Below, piece after piece: positions 20,338 to 28,614 of a stretch of 64,000 nt of DNA (position 1 is the first letter of the stretch; every line of letters begins with the position of its first letter). This DNA is from a virus. The translations under genes and the position numbers were made by a program. The stretch is from IMG/VR virus record IMGVR_UViG_3300034166_000560; one strand, written 5' to 3'. The notes below the pieces were generated by a model. The model saw only the letters and a program-made list of their open reading frames with translations. It made no database searches and had not been told where the DNA came from.

Positions 20338-21463
20338 TAGTATGCAAAATCTCTATAAGATCGACACCAAAGGCAAGACTCGTGTTTGGTGGATCGAATA
20401 CGATGAAGAGAAGTATCGCACTCATGCAGGTATTCTTGACGGTAAGATTGTAGTTTCTGGTTGGCAGCGCCCGACAGAAAAGAATGTCGGTCGTTCAAAC
20501 GCTACTACTGTTGCTGAGCAAGTTCTTGCCGAGGTCAAAGCAGAATATGAGAAGAAGCTACATCAGGGCAAATATCATTTCAGTCCTTCTGGTGCCGAAC
20601 AGGGTGCTAAGTTTATTGAATGTATGCTTGCTTCTAAGTTCGATGATAAGAAGCATAAACAGTATCCGTATTTCTCTCAACCGAAGCTGGATGGTATTCG
20701 CTGTTTGATTAGCAAAAACGGTATGCAGTCACGTCAGGGTAAACCTATTACCTCTTGTCCGCATATTATGGAGGCGCTTGATCCGTTCTTCCAGGCATTC
20801 CCTGATGCTATTCTTGATGGCGAACTATACAATCATGATCTTCGTGATAACTTTGAAAAGATTGTATCGCTTGTTCGTAAGACTAAGCCGACGACTGCTG
20901 ATTATATCGAAGCATCAAAGCTGGTTCAGTATCATGTTTATGATTGTGTGATGGATGAGCCGTTCATGGATCGTTTGAGTTTTATCAGCAAGCACTTCGG
21001 TACTTACAATTCGTTCGGTGACCGTTACTATCCTATCGTTCGTGCTGTTCAAACTCAGTTCATTAATGTCGAGCAAGACATCGAAAAAATGCTCGGAGAA
21101 TATCTCGAAATGGGTTATGAAGGTCAGATACTCCGTGTTCCCAATTCTCCCTATGAAGGTAAGCGTTCAAAGAACCTTATCAAGCATAAAGAGTTTCAGG
21201 ACGAAGAGTTTGTTATCGTCAATATTGAAGAAGGATTAGGTAACTGGGAAGGTTATGCTAAATCTGTTGAGATTCGTCTTGAAGATGGTACTACTCAGAA
21301 CTCAGGCGTTCGTGGTAATCAAGAGTTTATGGAGCAGCTGCTAAAGGATAAAGAGCAGTATATCGGCACGGAAGTAACAGTTCGTTATCAGAATAAGACT
21401 GCTGATGGTAAGCTACGTTTTCCTGTCGTTGTTGCTTTCTGGAAAGGTAAAAGAAATCTGTAA
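20330..21463 (+). CDS. ATP-dependent DNA ligase (gp30-like)
   Basis: KLDGIR, DGELY, EG..LR, K.K, LRFP. Confidence 0.92.
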   Translation: MSNSMQNLYKIDTKGKTRVWWIEYDEEKYRTHAGILDGKIVVSGWQRPTEKNVGRSNATTVAEQVLAEVKAEYEKKLHQGKYHFSPSGAEQGAKFIECMLASKFDDKKHKQYPYFSQPKLDGIRCLISKNGMQSRQGKPITSCPHIMEALDPFFQAFPDAILDGELYNHDLRDNFEKIVSLVRKTKPTTADYIEASKLVQYHVYDCVMDEPFMDRLSFISKHFGTYNSFGDRYYPIVRAVQTQFINVEQDIEKMLGEYLEMGYEGQILRVPNSPYEGKRSKNLIKHKEFQDEEFVIVNIEEGLGNWEGYAKSVEIRLEDGTTQNSGVRGNQEFMEQLLKDKEQYIGTEVTVRYQNKTADGKLRFPVVVAFWKGKRNL

Positions 21464-21716
21464 ATCTTACAAAAATAACAAGTTATGATATAAATAGATA
21501 ACTTTTAACACACCAAGGAGGGTGTCATGATTAGAGTATCATATACAATCAAAACTATTGACGGACTGTTGGTTGATAAGACCCAGATCTTCAATACGCT
21601 CTCCGAGTTAACCAGTTATATGGCATATCTCAGAGCATCAGGACAGTTGGTAGGAAAGCCTACTCTATCATAAATAGTTTTGTCCTTCGTGGACAATCTA
21701 TCGATAGGAGGTTATC

Positions 21717-21953
21717 ATGTTCGAAGGTTATAAAACTTACCTAATCGCCATTCTTATGGCAGTTCTTCCAGTTGTATCTGAGAAGGTTGCAGGAATTGAT
21801 TGGGTTACAGTTCTAACTGGTTGGGGTGTTCCCCAGACAATGGTAGTTCCACTAGCTGGCATTGTTGCCGCTGCAATCATGGCAGGAATGCGTAAGATTA
21901 CAGAGATGACAACTGTTAAGACAGCTTTGGAAACACCACCACCAGCTGAATAA
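21717..21953 (+). CDS. small two-TM membrane protein, holin-like
   Basis: GYKTY N-terminus, two hydrophobic helices; followed by a terminator. Confidence 0.5.
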   Translation: MFEGYKTYLIAILMAVLPVVSEKVAGIDWVTVLTGWGVPQTMVVPLAGIVAAAIMAGMRKITEMTTVKTALETPPPAE

Positions 21954-21957
21954 GATT

Positions 21958-21982
21958 GAGGGCGCTTCGTGCGCCCTTTTTC
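21958..21982 (+). terminator. intrinsic terminator
   Basis: AGGGCGC-TTCGT-GCGCCCT followed by a T run. Confidence 0.8.
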
Positions 21983-22003
21983 ATTTCATTATAGAGGATA
22001 GTT

Positions 22004-22672
22004 ATGTTACATTTTCCAGCATTTTGTATTGACAATTTTTATAACAATCCAGACGCTATTAGAGAATACGCTCTATCTCTGGATTTTAATAACATTGGGC
22101 CATGTCAGGGCAGACGAACCGCTCCGCTACACGAAATTAATCCAGAATTTTCCGATGTTTTTGCTAAACAGTTGCTATCTGTATTTTACGATATGGGTAG
22201 GAACGATGTTCAATGGATGATCAGATCTCATTTCCATTTACACAGAGTAACAGACAATTCTACGTTTGCTAAGAACACAGATCAAACGCTTCACGTTGCT
22301 CACAAATATAGAGATTTCGTTCCTAGCTATGAATCAGAGATACCTACTGCTGTCCATTTAGACGATAACAGTTTTTTCTCTGGCGTGGTTTATTTGAATC
22401 CTATTGCCGAGCCTCATGCTGGAACTGCCATTTATAGAGTTGTAGAAAACACTGATCCTATCAGATATGGTAATGGAGATATCGAAAAAGAAACTGTAAT
22501 AGAATCTGCTAATTTCAAACAGGTATATAATCGTTTGGTTGTTTTTGATGGCAAATCATACCATGGAAGAACAGGCGACAACACGCAAAGCGAAAGGCTA
22601 ACTCACGTTTTCTTTGCGCATCGTATAAACGCCAATATTCCAACACCATTAAATAGATTTAAGGTTTTGTGA
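22004..22672 (+). CDS. Fe(II)/2OG oxygenase-like protein (paralog 1)
   Basis: IDNFY..P..IRE.AL, HLD, YNRLVVFDG..YH, RLT.VFF. Confidence 0.75.
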   Translation: MLHFPAFCIDNFYNNPDAIREYALSLDFNNIGPCQGRRTAPLHEINPEFSDVFAKQLLSVFYDMGRNDVQWMIRSHFHLHRVTDNSTFAKNTDQTLHVAHKYRDFVPSYESEIPTAVHLDDNSFFSGVVYLNPIAEPHAGTAIYRVVENTDPIRYGNGDIEKETVIESANFKQVYNRLVVFDGKSYHGRTGDNTQSERLTHVFFAHRINANIPTPLNRFKVL

Positions 22673-22934
22673 GTTTATCTGCATTATTAATAAAATTTCT
22701 AATACTTTCAATAGAGGACTTACATGTCAAGTTGTTCTTTTGTAGTTGGACTATCAACTTCGCAACCTGAGAATCAGTCAGAGTCTGCCACTTCGGAAAC
22801 TGTTTCACCACAGGACAGTAATACATCGCCTCGGATGGATGTGCGACCATATATTTGTATGATGTTACAATCTGCTCCTGACTATTACAAGAAGCCAGTA
22901 GAACTGCAATTAACAATGGAATAATTTTTTTCAT
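22659..22934 (-). CDS. o-spanin-like lipoprotein
   Basis: Lipobox LLASC; overlaps the i-spanin stop. Confidence 0.65.
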   Translation of the reverse strand: MKKIIPLLIAVLLASCNSQEQIVTSYKYMVAHPSEAMYYCPVVKQFPKWQTLTDSQVAKLIVQLQKNNLTCKSSIESIRNFINNADKLTKP

Positions 22935-23317
22935 TGGCTTAACTCTTTAATTGTATTTTTGAGGATATCAGAAGATGGACGATCGTTGCCCTTTCCAATT
23001 TCCACGTCAATTCGAGACTCGATTGTTTTTAGCTTATTTTCTAATGCTTGTTTTTGGATTTCTAATTTCGCTACTTCTTCATCTCTATTTTTAAAAATAG
23101 CTTGTTGTTGTTCGATAAACAAATCTTTGTCTTTGATAGATTGCTGAAGCTGTTTGATATTATACGCTTGAAGCGCTGTTTGTTTTTCCAGGTCTACGAT
23201 CTGACGATGCTTGGAATATAATCCACCAGCTAACCCTCCAATGATTATAAGTATAGAAAGCCACTTGATGGCTCCAGAAGATATGAGAGATAATATTATG
23301 TTCATGATAAACTCCAT
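22931..23317 (-). CDS. i-spanin-like protein
   Basis: N-terminal TM plus coiled coil. Confidence 0.65.
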   Translation of the reverse strand: MEFIMNIILSLISSGAIKWLSILIIIGGLAGGLYSKHRQIVDLEKQTALQAYNIKQLQQSIKDKDLFIEQQQAIFKNRDEEVAKLEIQKQALENKLKTIESRIDVEIGKGNDRPSSDILKNTIKELSQ

Positions 23318-23332
23318 TTTTACGGTGTATTT

Positions 23333-23887
23333 ATGAAGTTTCCATTATTTTGTATTGATGATTTTTATGAAAATCCAGAAGCTATTAGAGAATACGCTCT
23401 TGGATTAGAGTATGAAGATCAAACTCCATATGATAAAAGATCTCAATGTCTATCTGAAATAAATCCAGAGTTATTCTCCAGATTTTGCGATAAACTATTT
23501 TCTGTTTTTTACGACTCACCCGTTAGGTATAAAGTATATACAGCTTTCCATATTCATTTCAGAAAAAGCGATGATCCTGATTCTCCTGACAATAATGGTT
23601 TACTACACAAAGACCCAAATGTGTTGATGGGCGGTGTTATATATTTGACACCTAATCCAAATCCAAAAGCTGGAACGACTGTATATAAATCTTTTGAAAA
23701 GCCTCTTGAAGAGGTAATTACTTTCCAAAACAAATATAATAGACTTATAGGTTTTGACGGTAGCAGATATCCTCATAGAGTCACCACTAGGTATATAGAA
23801 AATGATTATAGATTATCGCAAGTATTTTTTATAGAGTTTATGCCGAAAAATACAGTTTTTCCGCTAGAAAGGTTACCGAAAATATGA
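23333..23887 (+). CDS. Fe(II)/2OG oxygenase-like protein (paralog 2)
   Basis: HKD, YNRLIGFDG..YPH, RLSQVFF. Confidence 0.75.
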   Translation: MKFPLFCIDDFYENPEAIREYALGLEYEDQTPYDKRSQCLSEINPELFSRFCDKLFSVFYDSPVRYKVYTAFHIHFRKSDDPDSPDNNGLLHKDPNVLMGGVIYLTPNPNPKAGTTVYKSFEKPLEEVITFQNKYNRLIGFDGSRYPHRVTTRYIENDYRLSQVFFIEFMPKNTVFPLERLPKI

Positions 23888-24516
23888 AAAAATTTCCTAC
23901 TTTTTGCGTTGATGATTTTTATGAATATCCAGACGAGGTTAGAGAATTCGCTCTTCAACAAACATTTCATAAAATGCCAAGTTGTATCGGATTGAGAACT
24001 TCTCCTATGAAAGACGTTCAACCAGAATTTGACGACTATTTCAATAAAAAATTACTATCTATGTTTTATGATATATTAGATCCTTCTTTACAGTATATCG
24101 TCAAAAACGTTTTTCATAAAAATTATCCAGTAGAAAGTAAAAATTATACTCTCTATAAACCAGAAGAGTTATTATGGGGTAGCCGATATGGTGGAACATT
24201 TCGTAGTGATAATAACGCTCATCTGGATCCAAATAATGTCATTTCTGGAGTTATATTTTTAAATAAAGATGAAGAAATGCACGCAGGGGTGGCTATCTAT
24301 AGACCAGTAGAATATTCTGATGAACATGATGGCGCATTGTTACAAGAGACAGCCAGATTTTCTCAAATCTTTAATAGGCTGGTAGCTTTTGACGGCGAGA
24401 CTTGGCATGGAAGAGTTGGTGATAACACAAGAGAAGATAGATTATGTCAGGTGTTCTTTGTTCAACATGTTTCTGATCAGCTTTCTCCTATAGAAAAAAT
24501 GAGACAGATAGTATGA
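23884..24516 (+). CDS. Fe(II)/2OG oxygenase-like protein (paralog 3)
   Basis: HLD, FNRLVAFDG..WH, RLCQVFF. Confidence 0.75.
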   Translation: MKKFPTFCVDDFYEYPDEVREFALQQTFHKMPSCIGLRTSPMKDVQPEFDDYFNKKLLSMFYDILDPSLQYIVKNVFHKNYPVESKNYTLYKPEELLWGSRYGGTFRSDNNAHLDPNNVISGVIFLNKDEEMHAGVAIYRPVEYSDEHDGALLQETARFSQIFNRLVAFDGETWHGRVGDNTREDRLCQVFFVQHVSDQLSPIEKMRQIV

Positions 24517-24737
24517 AAAACATACCTAATATAGAAAACTTGATAGTTGTTTCAGAGAAGATAGTTAAAGAAGCATGGGAAGCTATCGATAAAGAACCAG
24601 ATAGCGGATTTGCAGTCGTGTTACAAGCAGCAGAAGAATATAAGGCTGCTAATATGACACCGATGTTTATTCTAGATCAACGCAATATGGACATCTATTG
24701 TTTCGCAAAAGAAACTTTCGGAAAAAAGCTCCATTAA
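24513..24737 (+). CDS. hypothetical protein
   Basis: Coupled ORF. Confidence 0.6.
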   Translation: MKNIPNIENLIVVSEKIVKEAWEAIDKEPDSGFAVVLQAAEEYKAANMTPMFILDQRNMDIYCFAKETFGKKLH

Positions 24738-24748
24738 GAAAATAGTAT

Positions 24749-24779
24749 TTGACTTTTGTATGGGGTTATAGTATAAATA
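24749..24779 (+). promoter_or_regulatory. overlapping sigma70 and T4 late promoter for pmoC
   Basis: TTGACT-N17-TATAAA, where the -10 box is part of TATAAATA (24772-24779). Confidence 0.7.
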
Positions 24780-24854
24780 AACTCAAGAGTGGCGGTTTCA
24801 CCGTCACCAAAGGCGAAACTGACCACTTGATTTTTTCTCTATGGAGAATAATAT

Positions 24855-25622
24855 ATGAGTACAGTAACTACTACAAGCGCTGCAGTTGCAGCAAAGTCAG
24901 ATGTCGTTGATCTCCGTGGAATGTGGATTGGGCTTGCCCTTCTAAACACATTCTATCTCATTGTCCGTATCTATGAACAAGTGTTCGGCTGGAGGGCTGG
25001 ACTTGATTCATTTGCGCCCGAGTTTCAGACATATTGGATGTCTATTCTCTGGACAGAGATTCCGCTTGAGTTAGTCTCAGGACTAGCACTTGCTGGTTAT
25101 CTTTGGAAGACAAGAGATCGAGATATTGACGCCGTGACTCCTCGTGAGGAAATGCGTCGTCTAGTAGTTCTTGTTCAGTGGCTTGTTGTGTATGCTGCTG
25201 CCATTTATTGGGGCGCATCCTTCTTTACTGAACAGGATGGTACATGGCATATGACTGTTATTCGTGATACTGACTTTACTCCAAGTCATATCATTGAGTT
25301 CTACATGTCATATCCAATTTATAGCGTAATTGCAGTTGGCGCTTTCTTCTATGCAAGAACTCGTATCCCATACTTCTCACATGGTTACAGCCTTGCATTC
25401 TTGATTGTCGCTATTGGACCATTTATGATTATTCCAAACGTTGGACTCAACGAATGGGGTCATACTTTCTGGTTCATGGAAGAACTATTCGTAGCACCAT
25501 TGCATTGGGGCTTCGTATTCTTCGGCTGGATGGCACTTGGTGTGTTCGGCGTTGTTCTCCAAATCCTAGGACGTGTTCATGCTTTGCTAGGGCGTGATGG
25601 CGTTAAGTTACTAGCAGAATAA
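24855..25622 (+). CDS. pmoC: particulate methane monooxygenase subunit C
   Basis: GLDSFAPEFQTYW, EQDGTWH..RDTDFTPSH, NEWGHTFWFMEELFVAPLHWGF; metal-ligand residues intact. Confidence 0.97.
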   Translation: MSTVTTTSAAVAAKSDVVDLRGMWIGLALLNTFYLIVRIYEQVFGWRAGLDSFAPEFQTYWMSILWTEIPLELVSGLALAGYLWKTRDRDIDAVTPREEMRRLVVLVQWLVVYAAAIYWGASFFTEQDGTWHMTVIRDTDFTPSHIIEFYMSYPIYSVIAVGAFFYARTRIPYFSHGYSLAFLIVAIGPFMIIPNVGLNEWGHTFWFMEELFVAPLHWGFVFFGWMALGVFGVVLQILGRVHALLGRDGVKLLAE

Positions 25623-25629
25623 AAAAGTT

Positions 25630-25660
25630 GAGGGGAAGGCGTTGACTTTCCCCTCTTCTC
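25630..25660 (+). terminator. hairpin after pmoC overlapping the hsp20 -35 box
   Basis: GAGGGGAAG...CTTTCCCCTC enclosing TTGACT. Confidence 0.55.
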
Positions 25661-25675
25661 ATATTATATTATGTC

Positions 25676-25728
25676 TGCGTTGCCTAATGGAACGCAATCT
25701 TAAACTCGCTCTAAAGGAGAATTAAATG
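25676..25728 (+). promoter_or_regulatory. ROSE-like RNA thermometer
   Basis: TGCGTT...AACGCA hairpin, then CTCGCT pairing with the AGGAG SD around a bulged G. Confidence 0.6.
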
Positions 25729-26181
25729 ACAAACGATGTTTTCAATTTGTCCAATCTAAACAAGCATTTTGTAGGTTTTGATAAGGTTCTAGACACTCTA
25801 ACTAATGTTAATGATACCTACACCAAGGCAATCCTAAACAACTCCCCAAACTGGCCTCCATATAATATCGTAAAGATTGATGATAACAACTACAGCATTG
25901 AATTGGCTGTGGCTGGTTTTGGTAAGCATAATCTAGATATCGAATTAGCTAATAACACTCTCGTAGTTAAGGGTGGATTTACTGTCGACGAGATTGATCC
26001 CATTGACAATCCAGTCCAGTATCTATGGAAGGGGATTGCTGATCGTATGTTTACCCGCAAGTTTACTCTTGCTGACACGGTTGAAGTGAAGAACGCAGAA
26101 TATGTTAATGGTATGCTTAAGATTTTCCTAGAGAACGTAGTTCCAGAGGAAAAGAAGCCGAAGAAAGTAGACATCAAGTAA
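25726..26181 (+). CDS. small heat-shock protein Hsp20 (IbpA-like)
   Basis: PPYNI, IELAVAGF, GIA.R.F.RKF.LAD, NGML.I. Confidence 0.95.
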   Translation: MTNDVFNLSNLNKHFVGFDKVLDTLTNVNDTYTKAILNNSPNWPPYNIVKIDDNNYSIELAVAGFGKHNLDIELANNTLVVKGGFTVDEIDPIDNPVQYLWKGIADRMFTRKFTLADTVEVKNAEYVNGMLKIFLENVVPEEKKPKKVDIK

Positions 26182-26191
26182 TCTTCTAAAT

Positions 26192-26220
26192 AGGGGAGAG
26201 TTTCGGCTCTCCCTTTTTTA
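26192..26220 (+). terminator. intrinsic terminator
   Basis: GGGAGAGT-TTCG-GCTCTCCC followed by a T run. Confidence 0.85.
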
Positions 26221-26235
26221 TTTCAGGAGATTATC

Positions 26236-26898
26236 ATGGCTACATTTAAAGAAGCATTTGCTGCTGCGAAGAAAGCAGGAAAAGAAACATTCGTATACGA
26301 CGGTAAATTATACACCACCGAAGTTGCTGTCAAAGATGCCAAAGAAGAAGGTCACATTGACGTAACAAATACAGTTAAAGAGTCGCAAGTTCCTACTGTA
26401 TCTAAGTTAAAAAAGAATGTCTGGCCTCTACAAACAGAACTACGTAAGAAGTTCGGCACACCAGACTATGGCGGAACATTTAAAAAGAATATGGTTTCTG
26501 TTAATCTACCATATACTATGTGGATGGATGATATTAAGATCACCAAGTGCTGGATGAATAAGATTTGCGCTGACTCTCTTGTTCGTGTTCTAACATACGT
26601 ATGGGACGAGAACGGCAGAGATTACGATAAGATCAAAGCGCAACAACTACACGTATTCTCAGGTTCATGGAATATTCGTAACATGCGTGGTGGACATTCT
26701 CTGTCTACTCATGCATTCGGTTTGGCTATTGATATTGCTGCTCCGTATAACGCTCTTGGCAAGAAACCTGGATACAATAAGTATTCATTCACAGAAAACT
26801 CTCTTATCGTCAAAGCCTTCAAAGAAGAAGGTTGGGTTTGGGGTGGTCCATGGTCAAGACCAGACGGTATGCATTTCCAGGCTGCTCGTGTAGGTTAA
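26236..26898 (+). CDS. M15-family peptidase endolysin
   Basis: R..R...S.HAFGLAID, WGG.W...DGMHFQ. Confidence 0.85.
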   Translation: MATFKEAFAAAKKAGKETFVYDGKLYTTEVAVKDAKEEGHIDVTNTVKESQVPTVSKLKKNVWPLQTELRKKFGTPDYGGTFKKNMVSVNLPYTMWMDDIKITKCWMNKICADSLVRVLTYVWDENGRDYDKIKAQQLHVFSGSWNIRNMRGGHSLSTHAFGLAIDIAAPYNALGKKPGYNKYSFTENSLIVKAFKEEGWVWGGPWSRPDGMHFQAARVG

Positions 26899-26913
26899 GA
26901 ATAAAGGTATATT

Positions 26914-28542
26914 ATGAAAATTGTAGGTGTTACTGGCTATCATGATAGTAGCGCTGTATTGTTGCAAGATGGCGAAATAAAATTATTCTTCAAAGAAGAA
27001 AGACTTGTTAGGCAAAAACGTGCCTTAACTGCAGTTTCTTCTGTTGATGAAATACTAAAACATCACAAGGATATAGATTATTTCGCCCTCTGCGACCATC
27101 ACGATAGTGAATATACATTCTATAAATCTTATAAAAGAATTTTCGGAACAGAAATTAAAGATTACACTTCTTCGCATCATTTATGTCATGCAAGCCAAGC
27201 ATTTTATAATAGTGGATTCGAGAATTGTTTGGTTTTTGTTATTGATAGAAATGGCGCTGCTATTGAAGGATTAGTAAGAGAAGCTGAAACTGTATTTGAA
27301 GCGTCGTATCCTTGTAATTTCCGAACGTTACATAAAAATTATTGGATACATAATACAGAAAAAGGGTTTTATGATAAATTCCCTACACTATTAAATAAAT
27401 TTAACAATCAAACTAAATTTTCGTTCAACGCTGATAGTAATATGAGTATTGTTAAAGTTTACGAATCAGCTACGACCCTAATAGGTCAATGCCCATTAGA
27501 AAATGGTAAAACAATGGGATTGGCATCTTATGGAAAAGATAAACAATTTATTAATTTTTTCCAAAACAATCGTCCAGTTGATAATTTGTTTTTGCATGAT
27601 AATTTTGTAGTAGATTACGTTGAGTCTACTTTATTTAAAGAATATGAAAACAATATAAACTTTGATCTGCGCAAAGACAACTACCAATTTTATGCGGACT
27701 ATGCATATCAAGTCCAGAAACAAACGCAAGAACAAGTATTGGATATGGTTTCTCAATGGGTGAGAAAAACTGGTATAAAACAGGTATGTATTACTGGCGG
27801 TTACGCTTTGAACGTTGTGTGTAACGAATATCTTATCAGAAATTTACCAGAGGTTGAATTTTATTTCGAGCCTCTGGCTGATGATACTGGTAATAGTATC
27901 GGCGCTGCTATGTTATTACACAGATCTTTAACCCAAGATAATACTAGAACAAAATTAAAACATACATTTTTCCACGGAAAGAATGTAAAACCCAAAAATA
28001 TCGGAAACGACTGCACTACGCAGGATATAGTTCGTCATTTAATAAACCAGAAAACCGTTGCGGTGTATAATGGCATGGCAGAAGCTGGGCCAAGAGCTCT
28101 TGGTAATAGATCTATTCTATTCGATGCTCGTAATCCAAACGCAAAAGAAATAGTTAATATCATCAAACAAAGAGAGTGGTATAGACCATTCGCTGGATTT
28201 ATTTTAAAAGAATATTTCCAAGAATATTTCGAAACTCATGGTTTGGACAAATCAGAATTTATGACAATTTCTTTCAGCTGCAAAAGAACAAATGTTATTC
28301 CGGGTATTGTTCATGTCGATAATAGTTGTAGAATACAAACTGTTGACGACGAAATTCCACATATGAAAGAATTGTTATTAAACTTCTATGATGAGACTGG
28401 ATGTCCTGCATTATTGAATACCAGTTTTAATCTGGCAGGAGATCCTCTGATAGAAACACAGGAAGAAGCTATTGAATGTTTCTATAGGTCTCAACTAGAA
28501 GTTCTTTGGTTTCCTGAAATTGGAAAATGTTTGACAAAATAG
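26914..28542 (+). CDS. carbamoyltransferase (NodU/CmcH family)
   Basis: HDSSA, EER..R.K, HHLCHA, GGYALN, E.GPRALGNRS, RE.YRPFA, LNTSFN. Confidence 0.92.
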   Translation: MKIVGVTGYHDSSAVLLQDGEIKLFFKEERLVRQKRALTAVSSVDEILKHHKDIDYFALCDHHDSEYTFYKSYKRIFGTEIKDYTSSHHLCHASQAFYNSGFENCLVFVIDRNGAAIEGLVREAETVFEASYPCNFRTLHKNYWIHNTEKGFYDKFPTLLNKFNNQTKFSFNADSNMSIVKVYESATTLIGQCPLENGKTMGLASYGKDKQFINFFQNNRPVDNLFLHDNFVVDYVESTLFKEYENNINFDLRKDNYQFYADYAYQVQKQTQEQVLDMVSQWVRKTGIKQVCITGGYALNVVCNEYLIRNLPEVEFYFEPLADDTGNSIGAAMLLHRSLTQDNTRTKLKHTFFHGKNVKPKNIGNDCTTQDIVRHLINQKTVAVYNGMAEAGPRALGNRSILFDARNPNAKEIVNIIKQREWYRPFAGFILKEYFQEYFETHGLDKSEFMTISFSCKRTNVIPGIVHVDNSCRIQTVDDEIPHMKELLLNFYDETGCPALLNTSFNLAGDPLIETQEEAIECFYRSQLEVLWFPEIGKCLTK

Positions 28543-28614
28543 TGAAATATAGTATAATGGTAATTAGCATCTGTGGGTTCGATCGTGGACCGGATAGCGT
28601 TTATTGGAGAGAAA

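Noticed and set aside
24855-25622. host contamination or a complete pmoCAB operon
   Set aside because: Flanked by phage genes with a T4 late promoter, AT-rich codons, and no pmoA or pmoB
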